Shown piece by piece: positions 1 through 8,371 of a DNA stretch of 64,000 nt. The stretch's first letter is position 1; each line of letters begins with the position of its first letter. The stretch comes from Phaeovulum sp. (GTDB lineage: Bacteria; Pseudomonadota; Alphaproteobacteria; Rhodobacterales; Rhodobacteraceae). Made by a program: the position numbers and the translations under genes. The notes under the pieces are model-generated. The model saw only the letters and a list, made by a program, of their open reading frames with translations. It searched no databases and had not been told where the DNA came from. The DNA lies in contig NZ_JBLJBV010000041.1 in assembly GCF_047638075.1 (NCBI RefSeq), positions 4,560-68,559 of the forward strand, read 5' to 3'.

Positions 1-913
1 TCGGGCCGTCGGGGTCCAGGATAACACCGCCGGGGCCGATTGCTTCGGGCAGACCGCCGCGATTGCTGCCCACGACCGGGATCCCGCTGACATGCGCCTC
101 GGCGGCGATACGGCCAAACGCCTCATTCCAGCGGCTGGGGGCAAGGATGATCGCGGCCTCGGCATAGACCGGGCGCATATCGCGCACCGGACCTTGCAGG
201 GTGACATTGGGCAGGGCACCAACAGCCGCCCGCAACGCCGCATCATCATCAGGCGACAGCTTCCACGCCTTGATAAAGACAAAGGGTATGTCGGGGCAGC
301 GTTTGGCAATGGCCAGCGCCACATCAACCCCCTTGTGCGCGTGCGGGTTTATGAACGTCACATTCCCACGCGAAGATGCGACCCTGTAGCGCCCCGGTTC
401 GATCATTGGCAGGATGACGTCGGCCTCTATCCCGTCGCTATGCGCGAAATGCCGGGCGGTGAACTGCGAATTCGCAATGAACCGCGTTCCCGCCAGATCC
501 TTGAGGGTGCCGCCCAGATCGTCGTATTCGACATTGCGCAGATAAATGAAGGTCCGCACCCTGTCACGGTCAATGGCGCGGGCCAGACGCGCCGGAAACC
601 CCGACTGAAAAATAGCGACATCCGCCCCGAAATCGCGCACCGCGGCGGCGGCGGCGGTTTGTGCAAACCAGGCGCGGTAGACCGGATACCCCATCGTATC
701 ATCCCGCACGAAAGGCCGCCCCAGCTTTAGGCCGATACGCGCGCGCAGACCGGTCCAGCCCTCGCCCGTCAGGCCCGCCAGCACCGCAACCGGATACCCA
801 AGGCCGCGCAGTCGCGTGACAAGTTCGTGGGTGCTGGACTGCGCGCCGCCATGAAGCTGCGGCAGATAGGGGTGCGCACTGCCAAACAGGATGCGGGTTG
901 GCCCGGCCGCCAT
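1..913 (-). CDS. Glycosyltransferase family 4 (GT-B), 3'-partial; C-terminus runs off the window start
   Basis: My reverse-strand translation from the ATG at 913-911 reads MAAGPTRILFGSAHPYLPQLHGGAQSSTHELVTRLRGLGYPVAVL. It ends in the GT4 signature APSRWNEAFGRIAAEAHVSGIPVVGSNRGGLPEAIGPGGVILDP. It is absent from the ORF track because it has no stop in the window. The listed + ORF 92..730 is its shadow. Confidence 0.8.
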   Translation of the reverse strand, partial: MAAGPTRILFGSAHPYLPQLHGGAQSSTHELVTRLRGLGYPVAVLAGLTGEGWTGLRARIGLKLGRPFVRDDTMGYPVYRAWFAQTAAAAAVRDFGADVAIFQSGFPARLARAIDRDRVRTFIYLRNVEYDDLGGTLKDLAGTRFIANSQFTARHFAHSDGIEADVILPMIEPGRYRVASSRGNVTFINPHAHKGVDVALAIAKRCPDIPFVFIKAWKLSPDDDAALRAAVGALPNVTLQGPVRDMRPVYAEAAIILAPSRWNEAFGRIAAEAHVSGIPVVGSNRGGLPEAIGPGGVILDPDGP

Positions 914-1407
914 CAGATCAACCCCCTTGTGCCGCAACGCCACCAACCAAACAGCCATACCGGCCGGTTTCAAGGCCGGGTCCGGGCAGGCCGCTGCAAA
1001 ACGATCTGAAATCAGCCGGGTTTGGCATGTATCTGCCGATCGGATTTTCAAAAAGGCAATTTACCGCCGCACCGCAGAACCACCGCCCGCTAGATCTGCA
1101 CAAAAGCCCGTTCCAGATGTTAGTCTTTGACAGTGGGAACGAAATTGGCGCGATTCTTTGGGCGGTTCAACCTAACACTAAGGTTGATTGCCAAAATGCC
1201 CAAGGAAGTCATACTTGGCCGATTATTATTTCGATCTGCGCATACCGCGCTGAAATCTTGCCGGTTTGGCGGGTTGTTGATGTGTGGTGTTCGCGACTAA
1301 CGGCAAAAATTCGCTCTAGATCGTAGGGTGGACTGGAATTGCTACCGCAAGGACGCATCCTTGGCGGTCCGGGTGTGATGTGGGTTTATAAAGAGGAATG
1401 GATTTTC

Positions 1408-2121
1408 ATGGGTCATAGAACTGTGCGTCTTTTGACAGCCTCTGCGGTCACGCGCGATCAATTCAGGCCCAGTGGCGTAAAAGCCAGCCGCCGCCGCGTG
1501 GAAAAGGCGGCCGGCTCACAACTGAAAAGAATTCTTGATATTACGGGGGCCAGCCTTGCAATCATCGCGCTATCGCCGCTGCTGATCTGTGTTGCGCTGA
1601 TGGTCTGGGTTACCTCGCCTGGGCCGGTATTTTACGGCCATCAACGCATTGGTCAGGGGGGCCGCCCCTTCAAATGCTGGAAGTTCAGGTCGATGATCCT
1701 TGATTCTGAGCGCGCGCTTGCCCGCCATCTGGCCAATTCGCCCACCGCGCGCCAAGAATGGCACGAGACCCGCAAACTGCGCGATGATCCGCGGATCACC
1801 TCGATCGGGCAAACCCTGCGCGCGACAAGCCTTGATGAGCTGCCGCAGCTTTTCAACGTTCTGCTGGGCGACATGAGCCTTGTCGGGCCGCGCCCCGTGG
1901 TCAAGGATGAACTGGCGCTATATGGCCGGTCTGCGCGCTATTACCTTAGGGCGCGCCCCGGCATAACCGGCCTGTGGCAGGTCAGTGGCCGCAGTGAAAC
2001 GGCCTATTCGCGGCGTGTCGCGCTGGATCGGGCCTATGTGAAAAACGCGGGGTTCTTGATGGATCTTTCCATCCTGCTGCGCACCGTCCCTGTTGTTCTC
2101 AAGGCGCGCGGCTCTTGGTGA
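1408..2121 (+). CDS. exoY: Polyprenyl-phosphate sugar phosphotransferase (bacterial sugar transferase, ExoY/WbaP C-terminal type), priming enzyme
   Basis: Motifs PFKCWKFRSM and LDELPQLFNVLLGDMSLVGPRP, plus PGITGLWQVSGRS. One N-terminal TM helix. I chose the ATG at 1408 because AGAGGAA lies about 10 nt upstream; the track ORF starts at 1339. Confidence 0.85.
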   Translation: MGHRTVRLLTASAVTRDQFRPSGVKASRRRVEKAAGSQLKRILDITGASLAIIALSPLLICVALMVWVTSPGPVFYGHQRIGQGGRPFKCWKFRSMILDSERALARHLANSPTARQEWHETRKLRDDPRITSIGQTLRATSLDELPQLFNVLLGDMSLVGPRPVVKDELALYGRSARYYLRARPGITGLWQVSGRSETAYSRRVALDRAYVKNAGFLMDLSILLRTVPVVLKARGSW

Positions 2122-3422
2122 CAGGGCGGCTGGACATCGAAGGTTGGCTTGGTTTTTGCCGCACCCTCATGGTGGGCGCGCTGCTGACGGTTGCCGCGGT
2201 GGGCCACGCCCACGCGCAGGAATTTCGGCTGGCCCCGCTGGATCAGGTCAGCCTGCGGGTGCTTGACTGGAACCCGATCGAGGAAACGGTGCGCGGCTGG
2301 ACCGATATTTCCGGTCAATACCACGTCGATGAGGCCGGGCGGTTGAACATCCCCTTCGTCGGGATGATTGACGCCAACGGCAAGACGCTGGATGAGGTCG
2401 GCAACCAGATTTCGCAGGCGCTGCGCGACCATTTTGCCCTTGCCGAGGCGCCCGATGCAACGCTTGATTTCATTGGCGTGCGCACGGTTGTGGTGGGTGG
2501 ATATGTGCGCAACCCCGGCGCTGTCGAGTTTCGCGCAGGGATGACGGTGCGGCACGCGCTGGCGCTGGCAGGCGGGCTGCAAGAGGTGTTGAACCCGGGC
2601 ACCACCGCCTTTCGCGACTATATCACCAATCAGGGCCAGTTGCGGGTCTTGCTGGACCGCAACCGACGCCAGCATGCCATGCTTGCCCGCCTTGCCGCTG
2701 AACGCGATGAGTCCAAAGACATCACCGTGCCGCCTGATCTTTCAAACCCGGATGGCCTTGCGCTGATTGCGGAACAGACAGAAATCATGCAGCGCCGTCG
2801 CGCGCGCCTTGCCTCGGAACGCGAGGCACTGGGCGAACAGACCGACCTGCTTGAGGCAGAGATTGCCGCGCTTAGCCAAAAGACCGCCGCACTGGAACGG
2901 CAGCGCGTTCTGGCCGAGGAATCGCGCGAAAGCGCCCGCAGCCTTGCCGACCGCGGGCTGATCAACAGTGACCGGTTGTTCAACGCCGAAACCCGGCTCA
3001 TATCGCTTGAAAACCAGCTTTTGGATACCTCGACCGCAATTTTGCGCGCGCGGCAGGGCGTTTCCGCGAACAAGCGCGAACTGGAAGAATTCGTGTCGGG
3101 CCGGATGTCGGACGTGATCGACCAGATCCAGACGGTCACCGCCGAGGCCGCCGAAACCCGCGAACGGATCTCGACGACGCTGCATCTTGTTGATGACGGC
3201 GCCGATCAGTTGGCCCTGCAAGAGGGCGCGCGCCTGACGGATGAACAGATCATTCCAGACCCGGTGGTGACGCTTTACCGCCCCGGGCCGGAGGGTGTTG
3301 AGACGCTTGCCGCCGGTCTTGATGCGGTTGTGCAACCCGGCGATCTGGTCGATGTGCAGATCAGCGACGGACCGCGCCGCGCCCAAGGCCGCGCGCGTGT
3401 GGCACCCAACCCGGCGAACTAG
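2115..3422 (+). CDS. exoF: Periplasmic polysaccharide export protein (Wza/ExoF type, Poly_export + SLBB) with a long coiled-coil
   Basis: Signal peptide MVGALLTVAAVGHAHAQE. Export-domain block GQYHVDEAGRLNIPFVGMIDANGKTLDEV, then GGYVRNPGAVEF, then a heptad-rich Q/E/L/R region. The GTGA overlap with the exoY stop could mark the start; the start could instead be the internal M at 2169. Confidence 0.75.
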   Translation: MVTGRLDIEGWLGFCRTLMVGALLTVAAVGHAHAQEFRLAPLDQVSLRVLDWNPIEETVRGWTDISGQYHVDEAGRLNIPFVGMIDANGKTLDEVGNQISQALRDHFALAEAPDATLDFIGVRTVVVGGYVRNPGAVEFRAGMTVRHALALAGGLQEVLNPGTTAFRDYITNQGQLRVLLDRNRRQHAMLARLAAERDESKDITVPPDLSNPDGLALIAEQTEIMQRRRARLASEREALGEQTDLLEAEIAALSQKTAALERQRVLAEESRESARSLADRGLINSDRLFNAETRLISLENQLLDTSTAILRARQGVSANKRELEEFVSGRMSDVIDQIQTVTAEAAETRERISTTLHLVDDGADQLALQEGARLTDEQIIPDPVVTLYRPGPEGVETLAAGLDAVVQPGDLVDVQISDGPRRAQGRARVAPNPAN

Positions 3423-3424
3423 GT

Positions 3425-4636
3425 TCACCCCTCTTGGCGGCCGCGGCCCTGTGATGCGATGATCACGATCAGCATGGTCACGATCTGAAACTGTTGGAAT
3501 CCGACCACCTCGACCATGCTCATCACGCTTAGAAGCACCATCAGCATTGCCGCAAAAAGCGTGTCGGACCGCGTCACTTTAAGCACGCGCCACAGCGCGG
3601 TGAAAAGCGCCGTCAAAAAGATCACCACCTGCAACGCGACCCCGATAGCCCCGATCTCGACCGCGTTCGACAGCCAGGTGTTGTGAAAATGAAACCCGGT
3701 CTTTGACGCGATCCCGAATTCGCGCCACATGCTTTCAGCGACCGGGTTGCCGACCACCCAGACCGCCTGATACCCCTGCCCACCCAGCGGGTGGCGCGCA
3801 AATTCTGATAGCGCGGTCAGCCACAGATAGGTGCGCCCCGTCAGCGTCACATCCTTGCCGGTCACGTCCAGAACCCAGGCCAAAAGCGCATCCTGGTTCA
3901 GCCAGGCAACCAACAGCGCCGCAACGATCGCCAGCACCAAAAGGCCAAGGGAAAACAGCCGGTACCGCCGATGAAACCGGCGCATCAGGGCAAAGACAAA
4001 CCCCGCAACAACCGCCATCAGCACCGCCAACAGCCAGCCGACCGATTGCGCCCGGGCCAGCAGGATCAGGCCCACCGGCACCGATAGCAGCCCCAAAACC
4101 CGCCAAGGGTTGGTTCCATCACGGCCCAAGCCAAGCGCCAGCCCCGCAATCACGAATAACGCCATCACCTGCGCAAAGGCGTTCTTGCTGCCGTAAATAC
4201 CCAAAAACCCCCCGCCATCCAGCCGCGCCCGCCCAATGGCGACACTGGCCAAGGCCGCCACCGCCAACGCCACAAAGACCGTGCGTAGCAGGGTCTGGGG
4301 CGACAGGCGGTTTGCGATGACAAGCGCAACCGCCACCGTCACGCCAAGCTGAACCCCATAGCGCAGCGTCAGCGCCGGATAGGCAGACCACAGCACCGTC
4401 AGCCCACACCACAGCGGCAACGCCAAAACCCACCCGTCGCGCCATAGCGCCGCCAGATTGGCATTGGGCCGCCGCACGATCAGCGCCCCGCCAACGCCCA
4501 GAAAAAGAAGCGCCCCCACCGCCCCCAGCCGAAACATAAAGAGCACAGACACAAAGCCCAAAAAGGCCAGCACCGTATTGGGGCAGATCGTGATCGTTCT
4601 GATCTGGCGCAGGGGTGCGGCCCGGCCTTGGGTCAT
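3425..4636 (-). CDS. exoQ: O-antigen ligase / Wzy-like polysaccharide polymerase family membrane protein (ExoQ-like)
   Basis: About 10 predicted TM helices with a large loop containing RTYLWLTALSEFARHPLGGQGYQ (Wzy_C-like). The start at 4636 gives an ATGA overlap with the stop of the upstream GH16 gene. Confidence 0.65.
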   Translation of the reverse strand: MTQGRAAPLRQIRTITICPNTVLAFLGFVSVLFMFRLGAVGALLFLGVGGALIVRRPNANLAALWRDGWVLALPLWCGLTVLWSAYPALTLRYGVQLGVTVAVALVIANRLSPQTLLRTVFVALAVAALASVAIGRARLDGGGFLGIYGSKNAFAQVMALFVIAGLALGLGRDGTNPWRVLGLLSVPVGLILLARAQSVGWLLAVLMAVVAGFVFALMRRFHRRYRLFSLGLLVLAIVAALLVAWLNQDALLAWVLDVTGKDVTLTGRTYLWLTALSEFARHPLGGQGYQAVWVVGNPVAESMWREFGIASKTGFHFHNTWLSNAVEIGAIGVALQVVIFLTALFTALWRVLKVTRSDTLFAAMLMVLLSVMSMVEVVGFQQFQIVTMLIVIIASQGRGRQEG

Positions 4637-5409
4637 TTCTTGCCTGCCAGTGCGCATAGGATTGAGCCGTCAAATTGGCACGCATCTTGGGGTGCCGTCC
4701 AGGCGATCCAGTCAATTTCCATCTGCAAGGGGCGCCCCGGGTCTTTGAACGGTCCCATCCAATCGGTCAGGGTGCCGCTGCTCCAATGGCTCAGGTATAG
4801 CTTTTGCGCGTTCTGCGGCAAGACCTTGCCCGTGGTTTCATGCATCAGCGCGCCGTCAATGAACCATCGAATCTGCTCCGGCTCCCAGATCACGGAATAG
4901 GTGTGAAACACCTTGTCGGCGGCGGGGGTGACGGGCACGGTTTGGCCGTTGTGCATCTTGCCGGAAACGAAGGTGTTGAAGCTGACCTTGCCGGGGTCGC
5001 GGGTCAGGATTTCAACGTCAATCTCATCATGCGGCTTTTTGTGAACCTCACCGATGTAGGTGAAAAGTGCCGCGTTGACGCCTGAGGCGCGGTCAGTGCG
5101 AATCCGGGCCTCGAACGTGCCGTATTGGTGGGTTTTCTTCGTCTGCACCTCGCCGCAGATATAGGGGCGATCCTTGTTGCCGGTGGATCGCACCATCAGC
5201 ACCAGCTTGCCCTCGCGTAGCTTGACGGCATCGCGCGACCACCAGCAATTTTGGTGCGCGCCGTTCGTCCACCCGTCTGACACATACCAGCGCGATCCGT
5301 CAAACCGCTCAAATGGGTCAAAAAAACTACCCTCGGCCGCCGCCCCGCTGGCCAAATTCAGCCCGACCAACGCTGCCAGAACGGCCCCCATCATTTTTCG
5401 CAATGCCAA
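4633..5409 (-). CDS. exoK: Secreted glycoside hydrolase family 16 (endo-beta-1,3-1,4-glucanase, ExoK-like)
   Basis: Signal peptide MALRKMMGAVLAALVGLNLASGAAAEG. GH16 catalytic motif HDEIDVEIL, and the C-terminal MEIDWIAW strand. Confidence 0.85.
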   Translation of the reverse strand: MALRKMMGAVLAALVGLNLASGAAAEGSFFDPFERFDGSRWYVSDGWTNGAHQNCWWSRDAVKLREGKLVLMVRSTGNKDRPYICGEVQTKKTHQYGTFEARIRTDRASGVNAALFTYIGEVHKKPHDEIDVEILTRDPGKVSFNTFVSGKMHNGQTVPVTPAADKVFHTYSVIWEPEQIRWFIDGALMHETTGKVLPQNAQKLYLSHWSSGTLTDWMGPFKDPGRPLQMEIDWIAWTAPQDACQFDGSILCALAGKK

Positions 5410-5594
5410 AACATTCCCTTTCGTGCTGCCGCGTGGCCACTGGTCGCATATTGGCCGATGTCGTGTTAGCCTAACAGACGCAAACCCGTTTCATGGGCGA
5501 AACTCGGCCTAAACCCCCGGCGGATTCGGGTTTGGTCAAGACGCGGGGCGTGCAAGGTCTGTATATTGCTAAGACAAAGGGGGCCGCCCGATTC

Positions 5595-6881
5595 ATGACT
5601 GACCACCCCCAGCAAAAGACACCGCCCCCCCTTGTCACGGTGATCATGGCCAATTTCCGCGGCGCGCAGCACATTGAGGCCGCCATGCATGCGGTGCTGC
5701 GCCAGTCGCACGAACAGATTGAGCTGATTGTATCGGATGATGCCTCTGATGATGATAGCTACGCCATCGTCACACACATAGCCGCCACCGATCCGCGTGT
5801 CCGGCTGATCACCGCGCAAACCCGGGGTGGCCCGGCGCGCGCGCGCAATGGCGCGCTTGCGGTGGCGCGGGGCGAATGGATCGCCATCGTTGATGCCGAT
5901 GATCTGGTGCATCCTGAACGCATCATGCGGATGCTGGACGCGGCAGCGGCGCTTGGCGCGGATATGGTGGCCGATGATATGATGCCCTTTGGCAATCTGG
6001 CGGCAACGGCGCAGGGCACCCTTTACGGTGCCACCCTTGCCCAAGGCCCGCGCACCATAACCGCCGCCGATATGATCGCCTCGCCCCCGCTGGGCTATCT
6101 GAAACCGCTGATCCGCCGCACCACCTTGGGCGCGCTGCGCTATGATGAAAGCCTGCACAACGGCGAGGATTTCGACCTTTATCTGCGGCTTTTGCTGAAG
6201 GGCGCGCGTTTGGTCCTGTTGCCGCAGCCGACCTATCTTTACCGTCGCCACGCGTCATCAACCTCGCATCGGCTGTCTGCCGGGGTGCTGCAACCGCTGC
6301 TGGCGGCGCATGATCGGCTGACCCCCACGTCGCCCGAAATTGCCGCCCTTCTGGGAAGGCGGCGCAAGGGGCTGGTCCGGTCGCTGCGCTACGCCCGGCT
6401 TGTCGATGCGGTCAAAGCCCGTAATCGGGTGGGCGCGCTGTGGCTTTTGCTAAAGCACCCGGTTCTTGTGGCGGATCTGGCCGAAAGCCTGCGCGACAGG
6501 CGCCGCCGCCACGCCGCGACCCCTGCTGATACCGCGCCCCCTACCGGCCCGATCGTGCTGGCCGCGCCGGATGATGCGCGCCTTGCCCAAGGGTCATTGG
6601 CAAAGGCCACTTTGATTGCTGTGGGCCGCGCCCCCTCAGATGGCCAATACCCTGATGACACCGCCCTAGCCGCGCAGCTTTGCCGCCTTCATGCCTATGC
6701 CGCCCCGGATGTCACCGCGATTGGCCTGACCGGGCTGCGCGGCCTTGGCTATCTGCCCGGCTGGCACAGTCTTTCGGTTTTGCTGACGCCCGAAGAGGCA
6801 GCGATTGCCGGCGCCCTTTTGCCCAAAGACATAACCCCGGTGATCGCGCCCTATCCCGCCACGTCCAAAAGCAGCCGGTAG
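5595..6881 (+). CDS. Glycosyltransferase family 2 with a ~200-aa C-terminal extension of unknown function
   Basis: VTVIMANFRGAQHIEAAMHAVLRQSHEQIELIVSDDASDDDS and IVDADD (DxD). After about residue 230 I recognise no domain. The start is uncertain: the track ORF begins at 5493, and I used the ATG at 5595 just before the GT2 fold. Confidence 0.75.
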   Translation: MTDHPQQKTPPPLVTVIMANFRGAQHIEAAMHAVLRQSHEQIELIVSDDASDDDSYAIVTHIAATDPRVRLITAQTRGGPARARNGALAVARGEWIAIVDADDLVHPERIMRMLDAAAALGADMVADDMMPFGNLAATAQGTLYGATLAQGPRTITAADMIASPPLGYLKPLIRRTTLGALRYDESLHNGEDFDLYLRLLLKGARLVLLPQPTYLYRRHASSTSHRLSAGVLQPLLAAHDRLTPTSPEIAALLGRRRKGLVRSLRYARLVDAVKARNRVGALWLLLKHPVLVADLAESLRDRRRRHAATPADTAPPTGPIVLAAPDDARLAQGSLAKATLIAVGRAPSDGQYPDDTALAAQLCRLHAYAAPDVTAIGLTGLRGLGYLPGWHSLSVLLTPEEAAIAGALLPKDITPVIAPYPATSKSSR

Positions 6882-7837
6882 CCGTCATCGCGCAGCCCGT
6901 CGCGGTCACGCCGCAACGGTTGCAGCTTATCGCGCGCGACCCCCCGCACGATGGCGGCCAGACGCCCGCCCCCGCCCATGGCATATTTCATCGCGGCGGC
7001 CAGACCCTCCTGCGCCTTGCGGTCCAGAAACACCCGGTGATCCAGCTTGGCGCGCACCTCGGCCCGGTAGGCGCGCATCGCGGCCTTTGTCACCGCATCC
7101 GCCTTCGCCTCATGGCGCGCGATGGCGGTATCAAGCGCGCCCAGATCAACGGTAGAGTGGCGCGCGCTTAACGAATTGCTACGCACGATCGCACCGTACC
7201 CAGCCTGCCGCGTGATCCGAAACCGCGCACCCGCCAGCAGCATGCGCACATAGAAATCATAATCCTCGCCCAACCGAAGCGTCCCGTCATAGCCAAGGCC
7301 GTGCCGCAAAAGAAATGCCCGCGACAAAAGCGGTTTCAAAAACCCCATTTCACCGCGTGTATGATGGGCCGAGGCCAGATTGCCCCGAATGAAGCTGGCC
7401 GCATCAATCGCCTCAAACCCGCGCCCTACCCCCGGAAGCGACGCAAAATCAAGCGTCTCTGCCCCCCTTTCGGTGACAAAGGCGACATTGTCCGCGATCA
7501 TGTCCCACCCCGGTTCAGCCAACAGCCGCGCCAGACGGCCGGGCGCAAAGAAATCGTCAGAATCCAGAAGGGCCAACACCTCGCCCGTCGCAACCTTTAG
7601 CGCGCGATTGCGCGCCCCGGCCGGCCCCACGTTCGTCTCAAGTGCGACCAGCCGCACCCGGTCATCGCGCGCCGCCCAGCCCGCGACACAGGCCCGGGTA
7701 TCGTCGCCCGAGGCATCGTCAACCACAACTATTTCGGATGTTTCAGGTTGCGCCAGCGCCGAGGCGATCGCCCGCCCTATTGTCGGCGCGCAATCATGCG
7801 CGGCAATAAGAACACTGACCGTGGGCCTGCGCATCAT
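6851..7837 (-). CDS. Glycosyltransferase family 2 (ExoO/ExoU-like)
   Basis: VSVLIAAHDCAPTIGRAIASALAQPETSEIVVVDDASGDDT, LLDSDD and the GEDYDFYVRML motif. Its 3' end converges on and overlaps the previous GT2 by 31 nt. Confidence 0.8.
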   Translation of the reverse strand: MMRRPTVSVLIAAHDCAPTIGRAIASALAQPETSEIVVVDDASGDDTRACVAGWAARDDRVRLVALETNVGPAGARNRALKVATGEVLALLDSDDFFAPGRLARLLAEPGWDMIADNVAFVTERGAETLDFASLPGVGRGFEAIDAASFIRGNLASAHHTRGEMGFLKPLLSRAFLLRHGLGYDGTLRLGEDYDFYVRMLLAGARFRITRQAGYGAIVRSNSLSARHSTVDLGALDTAIARHEAKADAVTKAAMRAYRAEVRAKLDHRVFLDRKAQEGLAAAMKYAMGGGGRLAAIVRGVARDKLQPLRRDRDGLRDDGYRLLLDVAG

Positions 7838-7853
7838 CCTGCCCCGCCTTGAA

Positions 7854-8153
7854 TTATTTGGGCGCCACATTGTTGCCGTTCAGGGCGTTGGCGCCCCCGT
7901 GCCCGTGATCCGTTTTTGTGCGGTTACGGCGCAGTTTTCTGGCGCGCGCCGCGCTGACAACCATCAACACACCCACATAAAGCAGTTGCGACACGATCAT
8001 GACACTAACGGCAAGACCGACACAGGACCAAAAGCCAAGACCAGCCACAGCGCCGACAATACCCGCCGTGAACGACGCGATGAACATGCCAATCGCAAAA
8101 GCGCCTATACCCACAGTTCCGGTACTTTCCCCGCTAAAATCATCATCTTCCAT
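7854..8153 (-). CDS. Small (99 aa) two-TM membrane protein, possibly an ExoX/SyrA-type exopolysaccharide production repressor
   Basis: Acidic N-terminus, two hydrophobic helices (IGAFAIGMFIASFTAGIVGAVAGLGFW and LAVSVMIVSQLLYVGVLMVVSA), then a basic stretch ARARKLRRNRTK. The size, topology and position inside an exo cluster recall ExoX (about 98 aa). The family assignment is from memory and unverified. Confidence 0.45.
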   Translation of the reverse strand: MEDDDFSGESTGTVGIGAFAIGMFIASFTAGIVGAVAGLGFWSCVGLAVSVMIVSQLLYVGVLMVVSAARARKLRRNRTKTDHGHGGANALNGNNVAPK

Positions 8154-8371
8154 GGTAGTGCGTCAAGAACGGCTGTCAATCACGCAAAACGCCCTATCCA
8201 ATTGTTTTCGTGCGCAATTTAACGAATACCTGCGCACAGTCAAGCGCGCGTGCCCCCTGTTGCAACTGCTGTCATGATCACATCCGAATGAGGCATTGCC
8301 GAGGCGATTGCGAAAATTTCTGCCATTGTGACAAATTTCCGCCTTTGCCACGGTCACCCCCCACGGGCGCA

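Noticed and set aside
92-730. 212-aa + strand ORF (and the nested ORFs 201..389 and 427..702) at the window start
   Set aside because: The sequence is Arg/Gly/Pro-rich and low in complexity. The opposite strand in another frame encodes a clean GT4 glycosyltransferase with the canonical EAFG...PVV...GG..E motif. This is a shadow ORF typical of high-GC DNA.
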